DNA of 64,000 nt from contig CP011210.1 in NCBI GenBank assembly GCA_001029675.1, positions 64,193-128,192 of the forward strand. Reading direction: 5' to 3'. Positions 53,164 to 64,000 of this stretch are shown here, in pieces; the first letter of the stretch is position 1; each line of letters starts with the position of its first letter. Below the pieces are notes generated by a model that worked only from the letters and a program-made list of their open reading frames with translations, made no database searches and was not told where the DNA came from. This stretch comes from Candidatus Beckwithbacteria bacterium GW2011_GWC1_49_16 (GTDB lineage: Bacteria; Patescibacteriota; Microgenomatia; UBA1400; CG1-02-47-37). Both the position numbers and the translations under genes were made by a program.

Positions 53164-53985
53164 ATGTCCGAACAAACAGACAATTTGGTTTCACTTTTGA
53201 CGCCGTATGGCCTAAGCGCTGATGAAGCCAGAGTTTATCTTGATTTGTGGGCCGGCGGCAGCAACTCAGCCTTGGGTATAAGCGGTAATGTTCACTTGGC
53301 CAGAACCAAAGTGTACCGGATTTTGGACAAGCTTAATAAAATGGGCTTGGTGGTAGTAAGGCTCCACTCGCGTGGTCAGAGGTTTGAGGCCAGCCACCCC
53401 AAAAGGATAGGGGTCCTGGTTGAAGAGAAGGAAAAACAAGCGGAGGCGTTGAAGGCGAGTTTGACGATGGTGGTGGGTGAGTTAGACAAGATAGGCAGAG
53501 AGAGAAGGGGAGTTTCTAAGGTGCTTTATTATCAGGGGCCGGAAGGTTTAAAGCAGGTAACCTACAACTCGCTTAAGGCTCGCGGCGAACTTTTGACCAT
53601 GGAGATTGAAACCATGAACGCTTTTTTTGACAAAGACTATGCCGAGAAGATGCGCTTGAAGTTTGTTGAGCGGCAAATTACCTCCAGGACTTTGACTAAC
53701 GTGACCAGGTTAGCGCCGTGGACTGAAGTGGCGGGGGAAATGGTAGAAAAATATTGGCAGATTCGTCATATTCCGGCGAGTCAAATGAAAATAAAGTTTG
53801 AGATTTTGATTTATAACGACGTTTACGTCATGTACCGCTACCAGGGCAGGGAAGTGTTCTGCGTGGAGATTTATAACCAGGAGTTAGCCGATATGCAGCG
53901 GCAGATTTTTGAGTATATGTGGGCCAAAGCCGGGAAGTTTAAGGTATTAAACCGGCGGGGCGAGGCGGTGCTTGACAAACCATGA
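53164..53985 (+). CDS. TrmB-family transcriptional regulator
   Basis: N-terminal winged HTH LSADEARVYLDLW...ISGNVHLARTKVYRILDKLNKMGLV (TrmB signature). C-terminal effector-binding domain. Confidence 0.7.
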   Translation: MSEQTDNLVSLLTPYGLSADEARVYLDLWAGGSNSALGISGNVHLARTKVYRILDKLNKMGLVVVRLHSRGQRFEASHPKRIGVLVEEKEKQAEALKASLTMVVGELDKIGRERRGVSKVLYYQGPEGLKQVTYNSLKARGELLTMEIETMNAFFDKDYAEKMRLKFVERQITSRTLTNVTRLAPWTEVAGEMVEKYWQIRHIPASQMKIKFEILIYNDVYVMYRYQGREVFCVEIYNQELADMQRQIFEYMWAKAGKFKVLNRRGEAVLDKP

Positions 53986-54988
53986 AGTGTTACTTTATAC
54001 TTTATGGTATATGCGGAATTGGTTGGCGATTTTGGCGAAAAAGAAAGAGAGGCTGGATCGCATGAGGTCCTTGCCCCAAGCCCAGGAAAAAAACCTGGCT
54101 GATTGGTTGCGGGTGGAGCTGACTTATACTTCTAACGCGATTGAAGGCAACACTTTATCCAGGCAGGAAACGGCACTGGTGGTGGAAAAAGGCTTGACGG
54201 TTGAGGGTAAAACCTTGAGAGAACATCAGGAAGCAATAAACCACGCCGCGGCTTGGGAGCTGACCAAAAATTTGGCAAGGGAGGGCAAGAAAATTACCAC
54301 TGGGGCGATTTTAGAGATTCACCGATTGATTTTGAATCAGCTTGATGAGCCAAGTGCCGGCAGGTTTCGCCGCGGCCCGGTGAGAATTGCCGGATCGAGA
54401 GTGGTTTTGCCTAATGCGGTCAAAGTACCGAAACTCACGGATAAACTGGTTAACTGGTTGACTACCACCAAAGACCAGCCGGTAAAAGTCGCCGCCGAGG
54501 CCCATTACCGTTTAGTGACTATTCATCCATTTGTGGACGGCAATGGCCGGACCGCCAGGCTAGTGATGAATCTGGTTTTGCTAAAAGCCGGCTATCCGGC
54601 GGCCATAATTAGAAAGGAAGAGCGGTTAAAGTACCTTAACTCCCTGGAAAAAGCCCAGCTGGGTGGAAGCGGTGATGATTATTACCAGTTGATTTACGCC
54701 GCGGTTAACCGGTCGCTTGATCTTTATCTTGAGGTGGCCGGGGCTAAAGCTAGAAAGACATCCACAAAGAAACAACGGTTAAAAATTGGCCAGCTAGCCA
54801 GTTCAAGCGGGGAAAGTATATCTACTATCAGATTTTGGACCAAAGCGGGTTTGTTGCCCGTGGCCGGTCGTACCCGGGGCGGCTATCAGCTTTATAGCCG
54901 GGATGCAATCAAGCGAATTAAACTGATCCGCAAACTACAGCAGGAAAAGCGCCTGACGATTAAAGAGATTAAGAAGGAAATTAGTTGA
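53972..54988 (+). CDS. Fic-family protein fused to a C-terminal MerR-type HTH domain
   Basis: Fic motif HPFVDGNGRTARL (HPFx[D/E]GNGR). C-terminal IGQLASSSGESISTIRFWTKAGLL...YQLYSRDAIKRIKLIRKLQ resembles a MerR-family DNA-binding domain. An alternative start lies at 54011. Confidence 0.7.
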   Translation: MTNHEVLLYTLWYMRNWLAILAKKKERLDRMRSLPQAQEKNLADWLRVELTYTSNAIEGNTLSRQETALVVEKGLTVEGKTLREHQEAINHAAAWELTKNLAREGKKITTGAILEIHRLILNQLDEPSAGRFRRGPVRIAGSRVVLPNAVKVPKLTDKLVNWLTTTKDQPVKVAAEAHYRLVTIHPFVDGNGRTARLVMNLVLLKAGYPAAIIRKEERLKYLNSLEKAQLGGSGDDYYQLIYAAVNRSLDLYLEVAGAKARKTSTKKQRLKIGQLASSSGESISTIRFWTKAGLLPVAGRTRGGYQLYSRDAIKRIKLIRKLQQEKRLTIKEIKKEIS

Positions 54989-55676
54989 TTGATCTGGCCG
55001 CCATTTCCTGATCGGGAGAGGTGCCGAGAAAATGAACTTGGCCGTTGACCACTTCGAGGGTTTCGATGCTGTAACTGGGCTGGCGGTCTTTGATGACCGA
55101 CTCGACTAAGCCGTTTAGTGCCGGGCCGTACTGGTCGACTAAGCTTTGAGGAATATTTAGGTTGGCGATTTTGGCGGCGGCAACGGCAATCTGGCTGGTG
55201 TTTTCAGTGATGCTACCTGAAACTTTGAGATAAACCGGCAAGTCGGTCGGGGGAATTTTGAACTTGGCCGCGCCCTCGGCGATAACCTCTTGGGAAACTC
55301 CCAGGGCGACCAAGTAGTTGACCGCGTCTTGGTAGTTGACAGTGGCCGAGCCTTCGACGCTACCGTCGGCGTTGACGCGAATTTGAACGTTTTTAAAAGG
55401 GAAGTAGGGGAAGTCTTTTTGGCGGTTGTCTGCCAGGGCGGTTAGCTCTTGGCTGGAGAAAGTTTGGTCGACCGGATGAGAGTCGGAGACAAGCAAAACT
55501 TTGTCGGCGCCAGCGTCGGCGGGCAGAGGGGCGTAAGTGACGGCCAGTTTTTCTTTGGCCGAGGCAAGGTCTTGTTGGCCGTAAGTGACTCCCAGGGCTT
55601 TGGGTTTTAGAAGATAAAAGCCGGCGGCGGCGAGTAAGAGGACGAGGAAAACGAGGATAAATAGAAGCTTTTTCAT
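54981..55676 (-). CDS. hypothetical secreted or membrane-anchored protein
   Basis: 231 aa. N-terminal signal/anchor MKKLLFILVFLVLLLAAAGF. No recognisable domain. Confidence 0.45.
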   Translation of the reverse strand: MKKLLFILVFLVLLLAAAGFYLLKPKALGVTYGQQDLASAKEKLAVTYAPLPADAGADKVLLVSDSHPVDQTFSSQELTALADNRQKDFPYFPFKNVQIRVNADGSVEGSATVNYQDAVNYLVALGVSQEVIAEGAAKFKIPPTDLPVYLKVSGSITENTSQIAVAAAKIANLNIPQSLVDQYGPALNGLVESVIKDRQPSYSIETLEVVNGQVHFLGTSPDQEMAARSIN

Positions 55677-55730
55677 TTGAGGCTAATTATAGCAAGTTTT
55701 ATGAGCAGAAACTGGTATAAAATAAGGGAG

Positions 55731-56285
55731 ATGAATGTTTTTATCTTCCACGGCACCGGCGCCAGCCCGGAAAGTAATTGGTTTCCTTGGTTGAAAAAGG
55801 AGCTAGAGAGTAATGGAGTTGATGTGTTGGTACCCAAATTTCCGACGCCTAAAGGGCAAAGTTTAGACAAGTGGTTGAGGGTCTTTGAGCCTTTTGAGAA
55901 AAAAGTTACCGCTGAGTCGATTTTTGTCGGCCATTCGATGGGGCCGGCGTTTATTTGGAGGCTTTTGGAAAAAGGTGTTGGCCCGATCAGGGCAGCCATT
56001 TTAGTCTCCCCGTTTGACGCCTTGTTAAATCTTCCTGATTTTGACCCGCAAGTCAAAAGTTTTGTCGATCACCCTTTTGATTGGGAAAAGATTAGGGTAA
56101 ACTGCCAGAACTTTGTGGTTTATGCCGGCGGCGACGATCCTTACATTCCCAGAGAGCAGCTTGAAAGAGTGGTTAAAAATCTAAAAGTTAAACTTAACTT
56201 TATTAAAGGCGGCAAACATTTAAACGCCGAGGCGGGATATTTAGAGTTTCCGCAAATACTTAAGGAAGTATGGCAGAATCGGTAA
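55731..56285 (+). CDS. alpha/beta-fold serine hydrolase (RBBP9/YdeN-like)
   Basis: GHSMG nucleophile elbow (GxSxG). ~185 aa. RBS AAGGGAG before ATG 55731. Confidence 0.6.
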   Translation: MNVFIFHGTGASPESNWFPWLKKELESNGVDVLVPKFPTPKGQSLDKWLRVFEPFEKKVTAESIFVGHSMGPAFIWRLLEKGVGPIRAAILVSPFDALLNLPDFDPQVKSFVDHPFDWEKIRVNCQNFVVYAGGDDPYIPREQLERVVKNLKVKLNFIKGGKHLNAEAGYLEFPQILKEVWQNR

Positions 56286-57202
56286 CTTTGACTCCGGAGC
56301 GGGCGGTATTAAGAGATAAAATGGCTGGTTGGTATGAAGAGACTAAAAGGTTGGTGTTTGGAGAACATACTTGTGAGCGAGGGTGGGGGGATTTTGACCC
56401 GAGCTTGACTGAAGGGTGTGGTCCGTATCACGCGGCATTTCCTTTGTTGGATTTATTTGGAGTGGTGTCTACCCCCCGAGCCCATGAAGAATTTTACAGA
56501 AACGCGGTTGATTCGGCAACCATGCGACTGGATCCGGAGACAAGAATTTTAGTTTCCGGTCTAGCCTCACCATCAATGGCGGATATAGTTTTGGAAGAGG
56601 CTAAGTTTATGAAACCTTTTCCAGGGTTAAAACATGAGCTTGAGGGCAGAATTGATGTTTTAGATGTCTGTGCCACCCCGCTCTTAACTTGCCAAAGAGT
56701 TTTTAAGCCGGAACAGTTGGCGGTGATGGCATTTATTCAAGACGATGCTCGCGAATATGCCAGCGGTGGGCCGTATGACTTGATTGTGACCGATGCCTTT
56801 TTAACCAGGTTTAACGATAAGGATAAAGCAGTGGTCTTGAAAAACTGGGTGAAAATGTTGGCCGATGACGGGGAGATAGCCACCACCTGGCGTATCGGGA
56901 GAAAAGATGACGAGCCAGATTATGGTGACGAAGAGGCCAGAAAAAGGTTTATTTACAATGTGACAAGGAGAATGGAAGAGTGGCACGTTTCGCTGGGAAC
57001 GTTTGCGGAAGTAAATACCACTTTAGATTTAGCTGAAAAATATGCCGCAAAAATGCATAGCTATTCAGGTCAGCCGGAAGAGGAGATTCAGGCTTTTATG
57101 GAAAAGTTTTTTGGCGATGTGAGAATCAGTCTGTCTCCGCCGGTTTACGATGTCACTACCAGGCTGTATGCTAGGATAATTGCTCGAAAACCGAAAAAGT
57201 AA
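56270..57202 (+). CDS. hypothetical protein (weak methyltransferase-like features)
   Basis: 310 aa. RILVSGLASPSMAD and YDLIVTDAF loosely resemble SAM-MTase motifs I and IV. Not assignable. Confidence 0.3.
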   Translation: MAESVTLTPERAVLRDKMAGWYEETKRLVFGEHTCERGWGDFDPSLTEGCGPYHAAFPLLDLFGVVSTPRAHEEFYRNAVDSATMRLDPETRILVSGLASPSMADIVLEEAKFMKPFPGLKHELEGRIDVLDVCATPLLTCQRVFKPEQLAVMAFIQDDAREYASGGPYDLIVTDAFLTRFNDKDKAVVLKNWVKMLADDGEIATTWRIGRKDDEPDYGDEEARKRFIYNVTRRMEEWHVSLGTFAEVNTTLDLAEKYAAKMHSYSGQPEEEIQAFMEKFFGDVRISLSPPVYDVTTRLYARIIARKPKK

Positions 57203-58376
57203 GATGAAGTTTAATTTAGCCAAATTGGGAAAAAAGTTTTTGGGGGTGAAGTGGACAGCGGCGATAGCGGTGGCGGCTGCGGCGCTTATCTCATGGCAAG
57301 GTTGGCAGTTTGTCAGCTACAGCCGGCAGCTTTCGGCCAACTGGTTTTCGACCCTGGGGAGACTTGATAGTACACGAGGGGAGTTAGCCGAGCTTAAAAG
57401 CCAAGACCAGTATGTGGTCAACCAGGAACTTAAGGCGCAAATCGAGCAAACCGGCAAGGCTTTTGGCGGCATGGGGGATTTACTCGAGCTTAAAAGCGAC
57501 TACGAGCAGCAAAAGATTGAGTTGGGAGCCCTAAACGATAAGTTTGTGGAGATTTTCAGAAAACTTTCTGAACTAAAATACGACGAGGCAGGGAGTTTAG
57601 CCGCAGAGGTTAAGGGAGAGATGGAGAAAAAGCTAGCAGAAGCGGTAGCCGAAGTGAACATTAGTGTCGCGGCACCGGCGTCAAACGAACTGCCCGGCGG
57701 CGGCTACTCGCGCCAGGTGGTGACTACCGACCGGGGCCAGTTTACTGTGGCCATGGTAGTGGCCGAAGGAGCCCAGGTGGTGGTGGACACGGCCGCAGAC
57801 GACAACTGCGCCAATAACTGTCCCACTTTGCCTTTGGGTGAGTTTGTGGCCAGAAACGGCGGCTTTGCCGGCATCAACGGCGGCTACTTTTGCCCGGCAG
57901 ATTACGCCGGTTGCGCCGGTAAAGTTAACAGTTTTGACACCATGGTGATGCGGACGCGCGACAAAAAGGTATTTAACCGGGACAACAACGTTTACTCGAC
58001 CGTGCCGCTGGTAGCCATGAACGGTGCCAGCGTTAACTTTTACGGCCGGACTTTGGATTGGGGAGTGGGCAGCGGTACTGGCGCGGTGGCCAACTACCCG
58101 ATGCTAGTTTCCGGTGGGCAGGATGTGGTCAACGAGGGGGCACTCGATGCCAAAGCCGCCGCCCGGGGGCCAAGGGGTTTTATCGGAAACCGCGGCGGCA
58201 AAGTGATTATCGGCCACGTGTTGTCTGCCACCATCGGTGAGGCGGCGAAAACATTGGCGACTTTGGGGGTGGAAACGGCCCTAAACCTTGACGGCGGCGG
58301 TTCGGCGGCTTTATGGTCCGGCGGCTACAAAGTCGGCCCGGGGCGGAGTTTACCGGTGGCGATAGTGCTTAAATAG
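57180..58376 (+). CDS. membrane-anchored phosphodiester glycosidase family protein (NAGPA/DUF2233-like)
   Basis: N-terminal TM. Coiled-coil segment. C-terminal LNLDGGGSAAL and surrounding Gly-rich blocks characteristic of the phosphodiester glycosidase family. Confidence 0.6.
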   Translation: MLENRKSKMKFNLAKLGKKFLGVKWTAAIAVAAAALISWQGWQFVSYSRQLSANWFSTLGRLDSTRGELAELKSQDQYVVNQELKAQIEQTGKAFGGMGDLLELKSDYEQQKIELGALNDKFVEIFRKLSELKYDEAGSLAAEVKGEMEKKLAEAVAEVNISVAAPASNELPGGGYSRQVVTTDRGQFTVAMVVAEGAQVVVDTAADDNCANNCPTLPLGEFVARNGGFAGINGGYFCPADYAGCAGKVNSFDTMVMRTRDKKVFNRDNNVYSTVPLVAMNGASVNFYGRTLDWGVGSGTGAVANYPMLVSGGQDVVNEGALDAKAAARGPRGFIGNRGGKVIIGHVLSATIGEAAKTLATLGVETALNLDGGGSAALWSGGYKVGPGRSLPVAIVLK

Positions 58377-59142
58377 TTGTTGTTCGATTGCGGTTGAGGT
58401 TGAAAATCAGCGAGGCTCTGATCCGGCTATGTTTGGTTCTACCAGTTTCACACTCAAGCATAAGGTAGATGTGGGTAAGGTAGTTGCGTGCGGTAATAGG
58501 GGAAATATTTAGTTGTCGCCCGATTTCCTGGTTGCTCAAGCCTTGGCTAACTAACTTGAGAAGATTGATTTGATGCTGCGTGAGCCGACTGAGGTGAGGA
58601 ATTTTAGCGGTCTCTGGCATGGTCGACGCGGCCTGAGGAGTGATCAGGCCGGTTTCTAAGGCAACGGCGGCCAGTTGGACTCGGTTGACGGCCCCAAGTT
58701 TTTCCATAGCTGAGTTAAGCCAAGAGGCGACGGGGCTTTTTCCTCTTATAAGTGTGCGAGTTATTTCCTGGTAAGTTTTGTCTCTGATTGCCAGGATGGC
58801 AGTGGCATATTCTGTCGGGCTTAGACCATTGCCGTGGTTTTTAATGGTTTGCTCTAGCGGTTTCCGGGCGTTTGAGTCAGGGAGTAAGTGTTTGTACCAA
58901 GAAATAAAGTTTTTGTCGTCCACTTGACCGACAGTTGACATAAGTTCGGGCTTTAAGGTGTCTATAAGCGAAGTGGCTGGTTGGCCGCTGACTAAGGCAA
59001 GGAAGACGCTGGCGGTGTGGAAGTCAATAGAGTCCCAGCCGAAATGGCCTTTAATGGTTTCTTCTGGCCGCAGGGTTCCTTCCCGAACTCCGTTCAGGCT
59101 ATGGTGAAGAAAATAGCCTGGCTGACCTTCAATAAATCCCAT
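58369..59142 (-). CDS. LuxR/GerE-family transcriptional regulator with unknown N-terminal domain
   Basis: C-terminal LTQHQINLLKLVSQGLSNQEIGRQLNISPITARNYLTHIY = LuxR-type HTH. Confidence 0.65.
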   Translation of the reverse strand: MGFIEGQPGYFLHHSLNGVREGTLRPEETIKGHFGWDSIDFHTASVFLALVSGQPATSLIDTLKPELMSTVGQVDDKNFISWYKHLLPDSNARKPLEQTIKNHGNGLSPTEYATAILAIRDKTYQEITRTLIRGKSPVASWLNSAMEKLGAVNRVQLAAVALETGLITPQAASTMPETAKIPHLSRLTQHQINLLKLVSQGLSNQEIGRQLNISPITARNYLTHIYLMLECETGRTKHSRIRASLIFNLNRNRTTTI

Positions 59143-59199
59143 GTCTCGCGGGCAGTTTTAAGTATTATACCAATGATGTCAATGTGTTAAGATGGGCGC

Positions 59200-59724
59200 A
59201 TGAAAGTGGTTTTGTACATGGCTACTTCGGCTGACGGGCTGGTAGCGAAAAAAGACGGGGACTCAGATTGGGTTTCTGATGTTGACGCGGCAGTTTTTGA
59301 TAAAAAAATCAAGGAACTTGGTTGTATTGTGGTGGGGCGGACGACTTTTGATCAGTATTATGGTGATTTGTACCCGGTTGAGGGGGTAACTAACATTGTT
59401 TTGACGACAGACGACGCAAGGAAAAGCGAGAAGGAAAGTGTGGTTTTTGTGACTTCGGCTCGTGACGCTTTGGAGATAGCAAAGAAAAAAGGTCACCAGG
59501 AAATTTTACTGATTGGCGGGGGCACGGTGAATGGGATGTTTTTGAAAGAGGGATTGGTGGACGAGATGATTTTGAGTGTGCATCCTAAAGTTTTGGGCGA
59601 GGGGATCAGGTTGTTTGAAGGAGGAGAGGTGGATGTTGATTTGGAGCTTAAGAGTGTGAAGCAATTGGGTGAGGATTTGGTGCAGTTGAGATATAAAGTG
59701 AAAAAAGCGTCACGTTTAAGTTGA
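59200..59724 (+). CDS. dihydrofolate reductase-like protein (RibD C-terminal domain family)
   Basis: MKVVLYMATSADGLVAKKDGDSDWV N-terminus and LLIGGGTVNGMFLKEGLVDEMIL block of the RibD_C/DHFR fold. Confidence 0.65.
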   Translation: MKVVLYMATSADGLVAKKDGDSDWVSDVDAAVFDKKIKELGCIVVGRTTFDQYYGDLYPVEGVTNIVLTTDDARKSEKESVVFVTSARDALEIAKKKGHQEILLIGGGTVNGMFLKEGLVDEMILSVHPKVLGEGIRLFEGGEVDVDLELKSVKQLGEDLVQLRYKVKKASRLS

Positions 59725-59779
59725 CGATCGCTTACGTAAAAGTGACGGTAATGCTGGGGACGATTAGGGTTGTGGTATA

Positions 59780-60310
59780 GTGGGTAATATGCAGGCGGCG
59801 GATTTTAAGTTGCCGGGAGTGGACGGCAAAGAATATAGCCCGAGCGACTTTGAGGATAAAAAAGGGCTTTTAGTGGTGTTTTCCTGCAACCATTGCCCTT
59901 ACGCTCAAGCGGCCTGGCCGTTGTTAGTGGATTTACACAAAAAATTCGGCGGCCAGATCGGCTTTGTGGCCATAAACTCAAATGAGGACGTCGATCACCC
60001 GGATGACAGTTTTGCCAAGATGAAGGAAAAAGCGCCGGAGTGGGGGATAACTTTTGCCTACCTTCGTGACGAAAGCCAGGAGGCGGCTAGGGCCTACGAG
60101 GCGGTTTGTACCCCGGATCCGTTTCTGTTTAAAAACGAAGAGGGGATTTTCAAGCTTTATTACCGGGGCAGGATCAATGACAATTGGCAAAACCCGGACC
60201 AAGTAGAAGAAAAAAATTTGGAAGAGGCGATGACGGGGTTACTAGCAGGGGAGCCGGCGCCTGACAACCAGCCGGCGTCGATGGGCTGCTCGATTAAGTG
60301 GAGGCAGTAG
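59780..60310 (+). CDS. thioredoxin-fold protein (AhpC/TSA-like thiol-disulfide oxidoreductase)
   Basis: CNHCPY CxxC motif inside a thioredoxin-fold context (LLVVFSC...AQAAWP). 176 aa. Confidence 0.55.
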   Translation: MGNMQAADFKLPGVDGKEYSPSDFEDKKGLLVVFSCNHCPYAQAAWPLLVDLHKKFGGQIGFVAINSNEDVDHPDDSFAKMKEKAPEWGITFAYLRDESQEAARAYEAVCTPDPFLFKNEEGIFKLYYRGRINDNWQNPDQVEEKNLEEAMTGLLAGEPAPDNQPASMGCSIKWRQ

Positions 60311-60324
60311 GGTAAAATAGCTTA

Positions 60325-60897
60325 ATGATTTTGGCGGACGGAGATATCAAAAAGGCGCTTGCCTCCGGCAGAATTAAGATTACGCCGGCGCCGGATTTGA
60401 CCACCCAACTCGGGTCGTGTTCGATTGACTTGAGATTGGGGAATAAGTTTGCCGTTTTTAACCACTCGAAAAAAGCTTTTATTGATCCCAATGACCCAAA
60501 GATGGCCCGGGAACTGATGGAAGAGGTGGTGGTGAAAAAGGATGAACAGTTTATTTTGCAGCCGGGAGATTTTGTTTTGGCGACGACAGTAGAAAGCTTT
60601 AAGCTGCCGGACGATTTACTAGCCCGGCTTGAGGGGAGGTCGAGCCTGGGGAGGCTCGGAGTGGTGGTCCACTCGACCGCATCGGTGTTTGAGCCGGGGT
60701 GGGAAGGGGTGGTGGTGATGGAGCTGGGGAATTTGGGGAGGATGCCGGTGGCTTTGTACCCGGGCATGAGGGTGTGCGCTCTAACCTTTGAGCAGTTAAC
60801 CCATGAGGCCGAAGTGCCTTACTACAAGAAAAAAACCGCCAAGTACAGAAAACAGAAAACGCCCATGCCGAGCAAGATTGCGGAGGAGAAAGAGTAG
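60325..60897 (+). CDS. dcd: dCTP deaminase
   Basis: 190 aa. MILADGDIKKAL N-terminus. GSCSIDLRLG and ELGNLG...ALYPGMRVCAL blocks of the dCTP deaminase/dUTPase trimeric fold. Confidence 0.85.
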   Translation: MILADGDIKKALASGRIKITPAPDLTTQLGSCSIDLRLGNKFAVFNHSKKAFIDPNDPKMARELMEEVVVKKDEQFILQPGDFVLATTVESFKLPDDLLARLEGRSSLGRLGVVVHSTASVFEPGWEGVVVMELGNLGRMPVALYPGMRVCALTFEQLTHEAEVPYYKKKTAKYRKQKTPMPSKIAEEKE

Positions 60898-60899
60898 CT

Positions 60900-61184
60900 A
60901 TGCCAGAACCAGAACCAGCGCCAAAACAGATCAATTATGAAGATCTGCATCAGTCTATCCAAGTGATAGTTAATTTTGGAGAAGAGTTTCGGGGAAAAAG
61001 TGATGTTCCAGAGTTTTTTAGTGGAAGCCAAGATTATATTCGAGAAGCAATAGGGCATTATGGTTGGCAATCTCCTGATGAGATGGTGGAAGCGGTGAAT
61101 AGTAAAATGAAAGAAATGAATGAGTCGCCGATAGAGCTTGATGATATTAAAGAATTTTTTCCGGAAGAGACAGATGGAGAGTAG
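60900..61184 (+). CDS. hypothetical small acidic protein
   Basis: 94 aa ORF. No recognisable motif. Confidence 0.35.
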   Translation: MPEPEPAPKQINYEDLHQSIQVIVNFGEEFRGKSDVPEFFSGSQDYIREAIGHYGWQSPDEMVEAVNSKMKEMNESPIELDDIKEFFPEETDGE

Positions 61185-61228
61185 TTTTTCTTGCAGAGTA
61201 GGCGGGGTTGTTATATGATGGTCGGGTG

Positions 61229-63891
<2,663 letters not shown>

Positions 63892-63895
63892 GATT

Positions 63896-64000
63896 TATGT
63901 CAAAAAGATTTTATAGAGCATTGGGTAAAAGTGAAACTTGGCCGGAGATAACCGGAGTCAACCCCTGCGGCATTACCTATGACGATGTGTTGTTGGTGCC
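63896..64000 (+). CDS. guaB: IMP dehydrogenase, 5' partial (runs off window)
   Basis: MSKRFYRALGKSETWPEITGVNPCGITYDDVLLV matches the GuaB N-terminus (..LTFDDVLLVP). Confidence 0.6.

Overview
This 64 kb window is a gene-dense stretch of a small bacterial chromosome. It most resembles a Candidate Phyla Radiation / Patescibacteria-type genome: compact genes, a DUF5667-like envelope protein, archaeal-type enzymes (apgM, TrpB2, class II RNR) and LAGLIDADG-like genes. That lineage call is my inference from content, not a computed result. The backbone is housekeeping: upper and lower glycolysis/pentose genes, two PBP1A paralogs, FtsH, RecF, MutM, purine genes, TrpS and three tRNAs. Four accessory islands interrupt it. 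(1) A ~3.5 kb, clearly AT-richer insertion at 48751-52238 sits between 43-bp direct repeats. The repeats duplicate the overlapping 3' ends of the convergent nnrD and eamA genes. The insert carries one gene, a 1127-aa protein whose C-terminus is a full sigma-70 domain behind ~800 aa of winged-helix-like segments and three ~60-aa tandem repeats. This is the most unusual object in the window. (2) A paralogous pair of AT-rich genes encoding HTH plus LAGLIDADG-like proteins, each immediately followed by a tRNA gene. They bracket a segment holding a tRNA 3'-end remnant, a minimal nucleotidyltransferase, a tyrosine recombinase and a ~380-nt structured non-coding region with RNase P RNA-like motifs. 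(3) A cobalamin-themed neighbourhood: a DUF4430 (transcobalamin-like) protein, a small ECF S-component-like membrane protein, NrdR, class II (B12-dependent) RNR and cob(I)alamin adenosyltransferase. (4) A VapBC toxin-antitoxin pair, an orphan VirD4/TraG-like coupling ATPase and a Fic-MerR fusion. No CRISPR array and no rRNA gene are present.
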